The position numbers and the translations under genes were made by a program. A stretch of DNA of 64,000 nt, taken from the NCBI GenBank assembly GCA_918292005.1, contig CAKJZJ010000011.1, positions 18,469-82,468 of the forward strand, read 5' to 3'. Source of the DNA: Clostridiales bacterium. GTDB lineage: Bacteria; Bacillota; Clostridia; Christensenellales; UBA1242. Within the stretch, counting starts at the first letter, position 1; each line of letters starts with the position of its first letter. Under the pieces are notes generated by a model that worked only from the letters and a program-made list of their open reading frames with translations, searched no databases and was not told the DNA's origin. Below, piece by piece: positions 35,343 through 45,549 of this stretch.

Positions 35343-37592
35343 ATGAAAACAAAAAAAATAATAAAGATATCTGCAATAATTCTTTTATCCATACTCATAA
35401 TTACTATGTCAGTAATTGGAATATACACAATAGTCTGCATTGAAGAAATTAAAAATCTAGATATTTCAATTAGCACCCCAACAACATACAATACAAAATT
35501 CTATGATGTGGATGAAAAATTAATAGAAAATACTGACATTAAAAGTAAATATACGGAATTAAACAAATTAAAGCCATATACAATAGATGCGTTTCTCTCG
35601 ATAGAAGACAAAGACTTTTATAAACACCACGGACTAAATTATAAGAGAATAGTAAAAGCATTACTAAAAAATATGCAAAGTGGAAGTTATAAGGAAGGGG
35701 CTAGCACGATAACGCAACAATTAATTAAAAACAAATTTTTGACAAAGGATAAGACAATTAAAAGAAAGATACAAGAAGCATATCTAGCAAAAAAAATAGA
35801 AAATAGAAATAGCAAAGATAAAATATTAGAAACTTATCTAAATAGCATATATTTTGGTCACGGAACATACGGCATTGCTAATGCATGTAAACTATACTTT
35901 AATAAAGAGCCAGAAGATATCAATCTAAATGAAAGTTGCATATTAGCAGGTTTAATTAATTCCCCACAGAAATATTCACCAATTATTAATAAAGAGAATT
36001 CAACAAAAAGAAAAAACCTAGTATTAGACCAATTGTTAAAAGATAAAAAATTAGATAGAAACGAATACCAAAAAGCAATAAACACAGAAATACAATTAGA
36101 TATAAACGAAACAAATACTAATAAAAATCTATACATAGAATATTGTATAGAAGAACTAGAAGAAATAATGAATATGCCAAAAGAGAAAATATTACAAGGA
36201 GACTACAAAATATTTACATATCAAAATCAAGAAATACAAAATAAATTAGATGATATAATAGACGATGAAAAATATTACGAACAAAACAATTATGGAAATA
36301 TAGCAGATAGCCAAAGTATAATACTAGATAATAAAATACATGGAGTAAGTGCAATATCTGGTAAGAGTAAATACAATCTAGTAAATATAAAAAGACAACC
36401 GGGAAGTCTAATCAAACCAATAGCAATATATGCACCTGCAATAGAAAACCTAGGAGTATCACCCAAAACACAAATATTAGATAATAAAATTAATTATGAT
36501 GGATATACACCAAATAATGTTGGAAACAAATACTATGGTTATGTATCAATAGAAGATGCAGTAGCAAAAAGTTTAAATATACCTGCAGTAAAACTATGTA
36601 AAGAATTAGGTATAGACACGTGTAAAAAATATTGTAATGAGTGTGGAATAAAACTCGCAGAAAGTGATAATGGCTATGCAATCGCTCTGGGTGGAATAAC
36701 ATACGGGGTTAGTCTAAAAGAAATTTCAGATTCATATTCGGTATTCAATAATAACGGAAATTATATAAAAAGCAAATTTATTAGAAAAATTCAAACAAAC
36801 GATAAATTGACATTATATAATAATAAAATATCAATAAATAATGTGTTTATGTCAGAAACATCATATATAATGTCGCAAATTCTAAAGTATAGTACAAAAA
36901 ATGGCACATCAAAAAAATTAAAAAATTTTAATAAATTTTTAGCATCAAAAACTGGAACGGTAAATATACATAACACAAATTATAATACAGATGCATATTG
37001 TCTAGGATATACAACCGACCATATTGTATGTACATGGTTGGGTAATTATAGTATGGATAATGAGCATAATTTGAATGGAAATAATAATGGTGGTACATAT
37101 GCAAGTATGATAACAAATGATATTTATAATTACTTATACAAAAATTATATCCCAGATGATTTTCAAAAACCCGATGGAGTAATAGAATACCCTATTGATT
37201 CTAAAACTCTAAATGAAGACCATGTTCTACTCAGTGGTAAAAATATACCTGATAGATATAAGGAATATGATTTATTTAATATAAAAAAATTACCACCTGA
37301 TAACAATAAGTATATTGGTATAAATCATATTGATTTTAACGTAAGTAAATATGGCGACCACGTATGCATCAATTTAAAATTAGAAGATATATACAAATAT
37401 GATATTTATAAGATATTAAACAAAAATGAATATATTATAGATTCTATAAAAAATAAGAATGATAGTAATTATATTTATTATGACAATGATATTACATTTA
37501 ATAAAGTAATAGGTTATTATATAGTAAAAACTAATCAATATGATAATTCACAGATAACTTCAGATATTAAATATGTACTTTTTAAAAAATAA
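35343..37592 (+). CDS. bifunctional class A penicillin-binding protein (PBP1A family)
   Basis: N-terminal TM helix. GT51 motifs EDKDFYKHHG and GASTITQQL. Transpeptidase motifs PGSLIKP (SxxK) and SKTGT. Has a ~150-aa C-terminal extension. Confidence 0.9.
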   Translation: MKTKKIIKISAIILLSILIITMSVIGIYTIVCIEEIKNLDISISTPTTYNTKFYDVDEKLIENTDIKSKYTELNKLKPYTIDAFLSIEDKDFYKHHGLNYKRIVKALLKNMQSGSYKEGASTITQQLIKNKFLTKDKTIKRKIQEAYLAKKIENRNSKDKILETYLNSIYFGHGTYGIANACKLYFNKEPEDINLNESCILAGLINSPQKYSPIINKENSTKRKNLVLDQLLKDKKLDRNEYQKAINTEIQLDINETNTNKNLYIEYCIEELEEIMNMPKEKILQGDYKIFTYQNQEIQNKLDDIIDDEKYYEQNNYGNIADSQSIILDNKIHGVSAISGKSKYNLVNIKRQPGSLIKPIAIYAPAIENLGVSPKTQILDNKINYDGYTPNNVGNKYYGYVSIEDAVAKSLNIPAVKLCKELGIDTCKKYCNECGIKLAESDNGYAIALGGITYGVSLKEISDSYSVFNNNGNYIKSKFIRKIQTNDKLTLYNNKISINNVFMSETSYIMSQILKYSTKNGTSKKLKNFNKFLASKTGTVNIHNTNYNTDAYCLGYTTDHIVCTWLGNYSMDNEHNLNGNNNGGTYASMITNDIYNYLYKNYIPDDFQKPDGVIEYPIDSKTLNEDHVLLSGKNIPDRYKEYDLFNIKKLPPDNNKYIGINHIDFNVSKYGDHVCINLKLEDIYKYDIYKILNKNEYIIDSIKNKNDSNYIYYDNDITFNKVIGYYIVKTNQYDNSQITSDIKYVLFKK

Positions 37593-37594
37593 AA

Positions 37595-37617
37595 AATACC
37601 ACATAATTTGTGGTATT
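37595..37617. terminator. bidirectional terminator between the PBP gene and recA
   Basis: AATACCACA (37595-37603), loop taatt, TGTGGTATT (37609-37617). Flanked by an A-run and a T-run. Confidence 0.7.
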
Positions 37618-37624
37618 TATTTTT

Positions 37625-38617
37625 TTAGTTTCTATTCTCTAATTTATTTCTAACTGCTTTTTCTACTTCAGTATAGAAATCAGGATTTTGTTGCATATAT
37701 ATTCTAACATTATCTTTGCCTTGTGCAATCTTTTCGCCATTATAACTATACCAAGAGCCACTCTTTTGGATAATATCAAATTCTGATGCTAAATCAATGA
37801 TAGAGCCTTCATTATTAATTCCTGTACCATACATAATATCAAATTCTGCAGTTTTGAATGGAGGAGCTAATTTGTTTTTAACAATTTTAACTTTGGTTCT
37901 ATTACCAATAATCTCTGCACCATCTTTTATAACATCTGTTTTTCTAATATCCATTCTTACAGATGAATAGAATTTCAAAGCCTTGCCACCTGTGGTAGTC
38001 TCTGGATTGCCATACATAACACCGATTTTATCTCTTAATTGATTGATAAATATAACACAACAATTAGTTTTATTAATGATACCGGTCAATTTTCTCAGTG
38101 CCTGACTCATAAGTCTAGCCTGTACGCCCATAAAGCTATCACCCATTTCACCATCTATTTCAGCCTTTGGTGTAAGTGCAGCCACACTATCAATGATTAC
38201 ACAATCTACAGCACCCGATCTAACTAATGCTTCACATATCTCTAGTGCTTGTTCTCCTGTGTCTGGTTGAGAGATATAAAGATTATCTGTATCAACACCT
38301 AATTTCGCTGCATATTGTGGATCTAGAGCATGTTCTGCATCTATAAATGCAGCAGTGCCACCCATCTTCTGTGCTTGTGCTAAAATATGCAAAGTAAGTG
38401 TCGTTTTACCAGAACTCTCTGGTCCATATATTTCTACTATTCGACCTCTAGGCACACCACCTATTCCTAGTGCGTGATCTAGTGCCAAACATCCTGTAGG
38501 AATCACATCAATAGTCTTTTTTACATCATCACCCAGTCTCATTATAGAGCCTTTACCAAATTGTTTCTCTATCTGAGAAATCGCTTGTTCTAGTTGTTTT
38601 TTCTTATTGTCGTCCAT
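37625..38617 (-). CDS. recA: recombinase RecA
   Basis: Walker [10 protein letters not shown] and a full RecA pattern. ATG 38617 ([23 protein letters not shown]), 8 nt after AAAGGA, is preferred over the track's TTG at 38638. Confidence 0.95.
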   Translation of the reverse strand: MDDNKKKQLEQAISQIEKQFGKGSIMRLGDDVKKTIDVIPTGCLALDHALGIGGVPRGRIVEIYGPESSGKTTLTLHILAQAQKMGGTAAFIDAEHALDPQYAAKLGVDTDNLYISQPDTGEQALEICEALVRSGAVDCVIIDSVAALTPKAEIDGEMGDSFMGVQARLMSQALRKLTGIINKTNCCVIFINQLRDKIGVMYGNPETTTGGKALKFYSSVRMDIRKTDVIKDGAEIIGNRTKVKIVKNKLAPPFKTAEFDIMYGTGINNEGSIIDLASEFDIIQKSGSWYSYNGEKIAQGKDNVRIYMQQNPDFYTEVEKAVRNKLENRN

Positions 38618-38635
38618 AGTAAATTTCCTTTTTAT

Positions 38636-38684
38636 CAAACATTTGTTTTATAAGTATTATACATGTGAACAAATGTATTGTCAA
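38636..38684 (-). promoter_or_regulatory. recA promoter (consensus hexamers) with two LexA-like boxes
   Basis: Sense strand reads TTGACA (38684-38679), 17 nt, TATAAT (38661-38656). Box ATACATTTGTTCAC (38678-38665) sits in the spacer. Box AAAACAAATGTTTG (38649-38636) sits in the 5' UTR. Confidence 0.65.
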
Positions 38685-38716
38685 TAAAAATAATATAATA
38701 AATAGTAAGTTTTTAA

Positions 38717-39388
38717 TTATTTATTTTTGGTAGTTGCTTTGGTCTTTTTAGGCTGTTCTTTTTCTTCAGTTTGTTGTGTATTTTCAGTTTCTGCTACAGG
38801 TTTTTCTTCTTTAAACACACCAAAATTATTAATCAAATAAACAAGTCCAGATATGATAATTAATGCCGTAGTAATACCAACGAAGATATAGAATACTAAT
38901 GTGAAATATTTCATAAATTCTGTACCATTGGCACCTGTATCTCTCAAAGCATTAATGAGAAGTCCATATACTAGAGTTGCATATAAAAAGTTTGCTTTAG
39001 TCTTTGCTACTTTATCTGCTGCAATAATCTTGCCTTTTAATTGACCAATTTGTCTAATTCCTGTTACTTCGTAATCACGTAAAATCATAATAAACATTAC
39101 AATTAAACCATAAGGCATAGGAATAATAGGTTCACTACCAACAATTAATATTAGTAACCCAGTAGTTGCTAATAATTTATCGGCAATCGGATCTAAAAAT
39201 TTACCTAAATCGGTAACCATATTATAATGTCTGGCTATGTATCCATCAACTGCATCTGATATGGCAGCGATAATAAACAAGCCAAGCGCAATAAATTTTG
39301 AGCCAGGAAATGATAGCAACGCAAATACAATAAACACTGGCATTAAGCAAATTCTTGTAAGTGAAATTTTATTAGGAATATTCATCAT
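38717..39388 (-). CDS. pgsA: CDP-diacylglycerol--glycerol-3-phosphate 3-phosphatidyltransferase
   Basis: CDP-alcohol phosphotransferase motif DAVDGYIARHYNMVTDLGKFLDPIADK. Polytopic membrane protein. Confidence 0.9.
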   Translation of the reverse strand: MMNIPNKISLTRICLMPVFIVFALLSFPGSKFIALGLFIIAAISDAVDGYIARHYNMVTDLGKFLDPIADKLLATTGLLILIVGSEPIIPMPYGLIVMFIMILRDYEVTGIRQIGQLKGKIIAADKVAKTKANFLYATLVYGLLINALRDTGANGTEFMKYFTLVFYIFVGITTALIIISGLVYLINNFGVFKEEKPVAETENTQQTEEKEQPKKTKATTKNK

Positions 39389-40689
39389 AATCTTTCTCCT
39401 TCTAAATCATAACCTAGATTTTGGGTTATCTTTATTTTATATGTTTGTCCTATATTTAATTTTTCTTTTATAATTACTAGTCCATCTATATCTGGTGCTT
39501 GACCATAATATCTACCTACCGAATAATCGTCATAAGCATCGTCAATCAAGACATCAAATACTTTACCAATTAGGTCTGTGTGTAATTGTGATTGAATCTC
39601 ATATTGAATCTCATAGATTTTATCTAATCTTTGCTGTTTGATAGATTCATCTATTTGATTCTCAAATGAATATGATCTAGTGCCTTCTTCTCTACTATAT
39701 TTAAAGAATCCAACATTTTCTAATCTAAATTCACGCAAAAAATTGATAATTTCATTAAAATTCTCATCAGTTTCACCCGGGAAACCAACAATAAATGTAG
39801 ATCTAATAACAATATCTGGTATTTCTGTTTTTAATTTGTGAAATAATTCGTATATAGATGCTTTGTTTGATCTACGATTCATTGATTTTAAAATACTATC
39901 AGATACATGTTGTAATGGAATATCCAGATATTTCATCACTTTATCATTATTTTTGATTTCACTTATTAGATCATCATCAATTTCTTCTGGATAACAGTAT
40001 AATAGCCTAATTCTTTCAATACCATTTATATTAGACAATTTTCTAATAAGCGTCACTAATTGTTTTTTGCCATATATATCTACACCGTACTTGGTAACAT
40101 CTTGAGCGACCAAGATAAGTTCTTTTACACCATTACCAACTAGTGTTGTAGCTTCTTTTATCAAATCTTCCATTGGATAAGATTGATATCTACCACGAAT
40201 GTATGGTATCAAGCAATACGAACAAAAATTATTACAACCATCAGATATCTTTATATATGAATAATGAGAACTGGTAGTCAATACACGATTAAAATCACAA
40301 GGCTTTTCGTATTTCAAATCATATAGTGATGCAATTAATTGGACTATACTATCATTATCCTTTAGTCTAATAAAAGCATCTACTTCGGGCATACTTTCTT
40401 TCAAATCTTTATAGCCCAATTCATTTAAGCATCCTGTAACGATGAGTTTCTCTAAATTTTTACCTTTAAAACCACCCATTTCTACAATGGACTCTATGGA
40501 TTCTAGCCTAGAACTCTCTAGAAATGAGCAAGTATTAATAATTATAATATTGGCTTCTTTTGGATCTGTAACAATCTGCATTCCCGTAGAAGAAATGGCA
40601 TAAATCATTTTTTCCAGATCAACCCTATTTTTATCACAGCCTAGAGAGATAAAACCAACTTTTTTCTTCAAAAATTCTTTTATGGTCAT
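39385..40689 (-). CDS. rimO: ribosomal protein S12 methylthiotransferase
   Basis: LGCDKNRVDLE N-domain, radical-SAM CNNFCSYC, TRAM domain. Lies in the conserved ftsK-rimO-pgsA-recA order. Confidence 0.88.
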   Translation of the reverse strand: MTIKEFLKKKVGFISLGCDKNRVDLEKMIYAISSTGMQIVTDPKEANIIIINTCSFLESSRLESIESIVEMGGFKGKNLEKLIVTGCLNELGYKDLKESMPEVDAFIRLKDNDSIVQLIASLYDLKYEKPCDFNRVLTTSSHYSYIKISDGCNNFCSYCLIPYIRGRYQSYPMEDLIKEATTLVGNGVKELILVAQDVTKYGVDIYGKKQLVTLIRKLSNINGIERIRLLYCYPEEIDDDLISEIKNNDKVMKYLDIPLQHVSDSILKSMNRRSNKASIYELFHKLKTEIPDIVIRSTFIVGFPGETDENFNEIINFLREFRLENVGFFKYSREEGTRSYSFENQIDESIKQQRLDKIYEIQYEIQSQLHTDLIGKVFDVLIDDAYDDYSVGRYYGQAPDIDGLVIIKEKLNIGQTYKIKITQNLGYDLEGERL

Positions 40690-43625
40690 TCGTTCAAATC
40701 TTCTCCAAATCTTTCTTCAAATTCTTGTTCGGACATATATAATGTTCTACGGCCATTACTATCTGCTGGAGAAACAAAACCTGATTTTTCCATTTGCATA
40801 ATAATTTTACTAGCTCTAGGATATCCAATACCAAAATATCCTTGAAGCGAAGAAGTACTAACACGTTTAGACTTTAAGAAATATCTCAAGCAATCTTTCA
40901 TTAGAGCATCAAATTGTTCTTCTGCAGCACCTGTACTAGCATCAAAACCTTCATCTTTTGTGAACATTTTTTGTTCTATTGATTCATCAAATACTGCTTC
41001 ATTATGATCTTTAATATATTGAATAATTGCTTTTAATTCATTAGTGGCAACATAACAACCTTGAATTCTATCAGGATCTCTTGAGCCTTGTGGCGAGAAC
41101 AACATATCACCCATACCTAGTAGATATTCTGCACCTGAAGAATCTAATATAGTTTTACTTTCTTGATAGTTTGTAACTGTAAAAGCAATTCTAGATGGCA
41201 TATTTGCTTTAATTGTACCAGTAATAACTTCAACTTTAGGACTTTGTGTAGCAAGAATTAAGTGTATTCCTGCAGCTCTTGCTTTTTGCGAAATTAAAAT
41301 AACTTTTTCTTCTATTTCTTTTTTGGCTCTAACCATAAAGTCGCCAACTTCATCAAATACCATTACAATGTAGTACATTTTTTCTACTTGACCAGTTAGA
41401 ACTTCATTTGATTCATTATACTCTTTAATGTTTTTAACCCCAAGATTCATTAATCTATTATAACGATTATCCATTTCTTCTACTAGCCAACTTAGTGCCA
41501 TAACTGCTTTTTCACAATCAGTAATTGCATTTGGAACAAGTAAATGTGGTAAACCATTAAATGGAGTAAATTCAACTCTTTTGGGATCAACTAAAATCAA
41601 CTTAACTTCATCAGGAGAAGATTTATATAAAATACTTACTAATAAAGATGCCAAGCATACAGATTTACCACTATTAGTACCCCCGGCTACCAACAAATGT
41701 GGCATTTTATCTATCGATGACACTTTACATTCACCAGATATATCTTTACCCAATGCATAAGCCAATGGTGATTTATTATTTTTAAAATTATCACTTTCAA
41801 GTATTTCACGTAACCCAACCGTCACACGTTTTTTATTAGGAACTTCGATACCAAAAGCATTTTTACCAGGAATTGGAATTAAAATTCTACATGTACTTTC
41901 AAGTGCCATGGACAAGTCATTAATTTTACCGTTTACAGAATTAACAGAAATACCAGGAGTCATTTGCAATTCATATCTAGTAAATGTTGGACCTTTTATT
42001 GCATTGATTACTTTAGTTTCAATTTTGAAAGCAGCAAGAGTATCTTCTATTAGTTTTCCTTTGGTCCTAATATACTCTTCATCTCCAGATATATCACTTG
42101 AATAATATCCCAATAAATCCAAAGGTGGTCTATTGTATGTTGGTGGTTTTTTATAAACCTTTTGAGTAGGCTTAGGTTTAGCAGGCTCCATCATAGATAC
42201 CTGTACTGGACGGAAACTCTGATTGTCTACTATATTTTCTTTTACTTCGCCAGAATATATCTCCTGAGCCTTTTTAGGAATATCTGTAATTGAATTATTA
42301 AATGACCTACTAGTATTGTAATTCTCCCTATACTCATTGAAATTAGACTTGGTTAGATTATTATCATAGAGATTTGTAGGAGTATCTAGATTTTGCAAAG
42401 TCTCACTTCTATCTGGATTGGTAGATTGATAATTATTAGGTTTGAATAGATCTTCATCAATCTTAGGCTCGTTATTGCCGAATAATGTTTCTTTGGCACT
42501 CTGAGATGCAGAAAGTCTATTTTCATTCTCTACTGTTTGTTCTTTTAATGACGAATCTGTATCTTCATCCCACATCTCTGATTTAGGTGGAGCAACATTG
42601 TCAATACCCTTTTTCTTATTATTGGTTTCAAATTTTCCATTGGATATATTCAAATAATCTAGTGCTGCCTGTCTACGTTCTGCATCCAATTTTACTTTAT
42701 TTTCGTCTACCTTTGGTTCTTTTTTAACTGGAGCAACATTAGTAACTTCGTTTTCAGTTTTTTCTATAACGTGTGGTTGATCTCTATATTCATTAGATTT
42801 GCTCGTCATCAAAGACTCTATAGTAGCATTGGATTGACGTATATCTTCGTAAGAATCTTCTTCATCATCTACATCTTCACTGTCGTATGATTCCTGGTTA
42901 TCTTCTTCTGATGATTCGGTATTTTCATTTTTAGACAAACCTAGTATTGAACGAGCCATTTGTTTTTGTTCTTCTTCGTCCGAAATAAATATCTCATCTT
43001 CATTTTCTTCGGTAGTCGAAGCAGTCTCTTCCTCTACAATGTCACCATCTTCTTCTGTTTCTTCGGCTTCCATAATGCTATTGTGCTTTTCATCTTGAAT
43101 ACGTTCTGCATCAGTTTTAGAATTTTTAATCTCAATATATATCCTATCGGTTAAAAACGACACACTAATTACAAGGCATATAATTAATATTACATAGGTA
43201 GCGACATCATATGTCAATGTGTATAAAGGATACAATAATGTCGCAAAAACCACACCACCTGCAGTAGTGCCAGATTTGAATGTAGTAGAGATATATGTTA
43301 CGAAATCACCATCTATAGTTTTAGAAGTGGCTAATTGCATGATTAATACGAAAAAAATCAAACTCAATATTGATAGAATAACAATAGATTTGGTCGCTTT
43401 TATCTTTTTACCACACATTAGCATAATGCCATTAGTAATAAATGCTACACACAAAGGGTAAAAAAATAAACCTATTACACCAAGAACTGATATTGTAAAT
43501 ATATCTATCAGATTAAATGCTACAAAAATAAGTAACAAAGAAAAGACTATAGTTAGAGTAAGCCCCAACTTTAGCCTTCTATTTTTATTATTAAGTTTAT
43601 TGGTTTTAGTAGGATAAATAGCCAA
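40686..43625 (-). CDS. ftsK: DNA translocase FtsK/SpoIIIE
   Basis: N-terminal TM helices, a ~330-aa acidic/low-complexity linker, and a motor domain (Walker A GGTNSGKS, Walker B VMVFDEVGD). C-terminal gamma wHTH. TTG start after GTGGTG. Confidence 0.92.
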   Translation of the reverse strand: MAIYPTKTNKLNNKNRRLKLGLTLTIVFSLLLIFVAFNLIDIFTISVLGVIGLFFYPLCVAFITNGIMLMCGKKIKATKSIVILSILSLIFFVLIMQLATSKTIDGDFVTYISTTFKSGTTAGGVVFATLLYPLYTLTYDVATYVILIICLVISVSFLTDRIYIEIKNSKTDAERIQDEKHNSIMEAEETEEDGDIVEEETASTTEENEDEIFISDEEEQKQMARSILGLSKNENTESSEEDNQESYDSEDVDDEEDSYEDIRQSNATIESLMTSKSNEYRDQPHVIEKTENEVTNVAPVKKEPKVDENKVKLDAERRQAALDYLNISNGKFETNNKKKGIDNVAPPKSEMWDEDTDSSLKEQTVENENRLSASQSAKETLFGNNEPKIDEDLFKPNNYQSTNPDRSETLQNLDTPTNLYDNNLTKSNFNEYRENYNTSRSFNNSITDIPKKAQEIYSGEVKENIVDNQSFRPVQVSMMEPAKPKPTQKVYKKPPTYNRPPLDLLGYYSSDISGDEEYIRTKGKLIEDTLAAFKIETKVINAIKGPTFTRYELQMTPGISVNSVNGKINDLSMALESTCRILIPIPGKNAFGIEVPNKKRVTVGLREILESDNFKNNKSPLAYALGKDISGECKVSSIDKMPHLLVAGGTNSGKSVCLASLLVSILYKSSPDEVKLILVDPKRVEFTPFNGLPHLLVPNAITDCEKAVMALSWLVEEMDNRYNRLMNLGVKNIKEYNESNEVLTGQVEKMYYIVMVFDEVGDFMVRAKKEIEEKVILISQKARAAGIHLILATQSPKVEVITGTIKANMPSRIAFTVTNYQESKTILDSSGAEYLLGMGDMLFSPQGSRDPDRIQGCYVATNELKAIIQYIKDHNEAVFDESIEQKMFTKDEGFDASTGAAEEQFDALMKDCLRYFLKSKRVSTSSLQGYFGIGYPRASKIIMQMEKSGFVSPADSNGRRTLYMSEQEFEERFGEDLNE

Positions 43626-43733
43626 AACAACACCACATTACATATTTATACTTATTACATAAGTATACCACACATAAATAAATAATAAAAAACAATTTTA
43701 GTTATTTTTTAATTTTAGACACAAATTTAGAAT

Positions 43734-43763
43734 TAAAAAAGGACATCAGAAGTATTTGATGCC
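43734..43763 (-). terminator. terminator downstream of the deacetylase gene
   Basis: The minus-strand sense reads GGCATCA-aatacttc-TGATG(t)CC followed by TTTTTT. Confidence 0.55.
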
Positions 43764-43767
43764 CAAA

Positions 43768-44469
43768 TTAATGTAAATTTTCACTTACTGTAGTGGCAAC
43801 GAGATTATTTATCTTGTAATATTCTAGAATTAAAGGTAATGACTTTAGTGTACATTCTGTAGGATGTGCCAATATTAAATCCCCACTCTTAATATTTTTT
43901 GTGGCTCTAGTAAAGATTAAATTTGAATCATGATCACGCCAGTCAATAGTATCCTTTGACCACATGATAGCATGGTAGCCCAACGCATTGCATGCTTCAA
44001 TCGTTGATCTATTGAAACTACCAGATGGCGGAGCAAATAATTCCATATCAATACCAAGTATACTTTTTACCATTTCGTGATTTATATGTATTTCTTCATA
44101 ATTTTGATTATAATCCAAATGGACATGGTCCCTATGTAAATAGCCATGATTGCCTATTTCATGTCCCCTTTGCGATATTTTGATAAGTTTTTCGGGTTCT
44201 TTTTCTACCCATTGACCACCAACAAAAAATGTACATTTCGTTTCATAAGCATCTAAAACATCTAGAATATCATCTATAAATTCCGTACCCCAATAAACAT
44301 TAAACATGATAGAAACTTTATTACTATCACGATTGCCATTGTATATAATGTCGCTATTCTCATAACTAAATACATATTGATAACTACTAGTGCCTAGATA
44401 TGCAACAAACATAGCAAGCATTACAATAATTATAATATTTGCAATAATTCTTACCTTTTTTAATTTCAT
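43768..44469 (-). CDS. polysaccharide deacetylase (NodB homology), YlxY/PdaB-like
   Basis: N-terminal TM helix. Motifs FFVGGQW, HEIGNHGYLH, LILAHP. A deacetylase near pnp matches the Bacillus pnpA-ylxY synteny. Confidence 0.85.
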   Translation of the reverse strand: MKLKKVRIIANIIIIVMLAMFVAYLGTSSYQYVFSYENSDIIYNGNRDSNKVSIMFNVYWGTEFIDDILDVLDAYETKCTFFVGGQWVEKEPEKLIKISQRGHEIGNHGYLHRDHVHLDYNQNYEEIHINHEMVKSILGIDMELFAPPSGSFNRSTIEACNALGYHAIMWSKDTIDWRDHDSNLIFTRATKNIKSGDLILAHPTECTLKSLPLILEYYKINNLVATTVSENLH

Positions 44470-44532
44470 ACCAATACCATTCTACTAATAAATAATATGA
44501 AAAATTCATTCAGTATATGATAAAAGGCAATA

Positions 44533-44561
44533 TTGATTTTGGATTTTAATTGTGATATAAT
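44533..44561 (+). promoter_or_regulatory. promoter of the orphan gene
   Basis: -35 TTGATT (44533-44538), 17-nt spacer, extended -10 TGATATAAT (44553-44561). Confidence 0.5.
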
Positions 44562-44581
44562 CAGTGTACATTGGTGGTAAT

Positions 44582-45490
44582 ATGATAAAAAACATGTCAA
44601 CTGAAGCATTCATTACCGAATGCACAATACTTATAAACAAATTAATAAAAGAATACAAAATAAATCTAGGAACAAATGACATAATTCCTAAATTTTATTC
44701 TGTTTTTACTGAAGAAACAAATAAAAAATTTAACGATAGAATGCTATCATTTATTGCAGAATTCTATCAAAACAATAGGAATATAAGCACATATTATGAT
44801 CCAGACATGATTGAAAATATAGAATCACCACTAATAAGAACTATAATATTCAATTATATGGAAGAATTCAAAAATAATGACTTATATACTATAGACAATG
44901 GAAAATATATCATCAATCCCGAAAAAATTACATTTCCTTTCGATACTGACCAAAATGGCATAAAAACCACCAACTTAGAATCTATAATGAATTGTAAAAG
45001 AGAAAATAGTAACAATTATCTCACTTTGATTATTACTAAAGATGGTAAAACATATAGAGCACCTACATCACATGCAACACTCTATATATGGCTAAATATG
45101 CTAGGAATTGATACAAAAAATGCAATAAGAATAGAATGGTATGGGCCGCAAAATAATTTTGATATCTCTAGTTTCGCTAGATATGAGTATAATGATAACC
45201 AAGAGAATGAAAAATGCATAGAGATTACAGCCACACAGGCAGAATCCATAATGGCAATTATTAATACCCTAGATGCTGAATATCCACAATATGCATTCTC
45301 TCATCCAGATAATAGTTCACTGCTAGCATATCTAGAAAAGTCTGATAATCTAGGTCTATCACCATGGAATTATAATCCAAGAATCGCCGATCACAACCTA
45401 TCCATGCTGTATAGATACACAAATCACAATACAAGTTTTAATAAAACCAAATATCTAAAAGCACTATACGATGCAGCAAAAGAGTTTTAA
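44582..45490 (+). CDS. hypothetical protein (302 aa from ATG 44582)
   Basis: Long ORF with GGTGG 4 nt before ATG 44582. The track's GTG 44564 lies inside or adjacent to the predicted -10, so it is unlikely. No motif recognised, no TM helix. Confidence 0.6.
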   Translation: MIKNMSTEAFITECTILINKLIKEYKINLGTNDIIPKFYSVFTEETNKKFNDRMLSFIAEFYQNNRNISTYYDPDMIENIESPLIRTIIFNYMEEFKNNDLYTIDNGKYIINPEKITFPFDTDQNGIKTTNLESIMNCKRENSNNYLTLIITKDGKTYRAPTSHATLYIWLNMLGIDTKNAIRIEWYGPQNNFDISSFARYEYNDNQENEKCIEITATQAESIMAIINTLDAEYPQYAFSHPDNSSLLAYLEKSDNLGLSPWNYNPRIADHNLSMLYRYTNHNTSFNKTKYLKALYDAAKEF

Positions 45491-45500
45491 ATTTATAAAA

Positions 45501-45536
45501 AAAACGACTTGATGAAATATTCAAGTCATTTTTTTT
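45501..45536. terminator. bidirectional terminator between the orphan gene and pnp
   Basis: A-run, GACTTGA (45506-45512), 8-nt loop, TCAAGTC (45521-45527), T8 run. Confidence 0.65.
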
Positions 45537-45549
45537 GATTTCATACAAA

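Noticed and set aside
35231-35491. 86-aa minus-strand ORF spanning the miaB / PBP1A divergent region. The 24469-24744 ORF opposite the YgjP-like gene start is similar.
   Set aside because: Both overlap the 5' ends of well-supported genes and promoter regions. Their Ile/Phe-rich products are typical of AT-rich antisense reading.
22614-43625. Acidic or low-complexity linkers in the PadR-like protein, FtsK, MutL and the YajC tail, considered as a shared inserted element.
   Set aside because: The sequences are not similar to one another. Such linkers are common in FtsK and MutL and in AT-rich proteomes. Only the PadR case is architecturally unusual, and it is reported separately.
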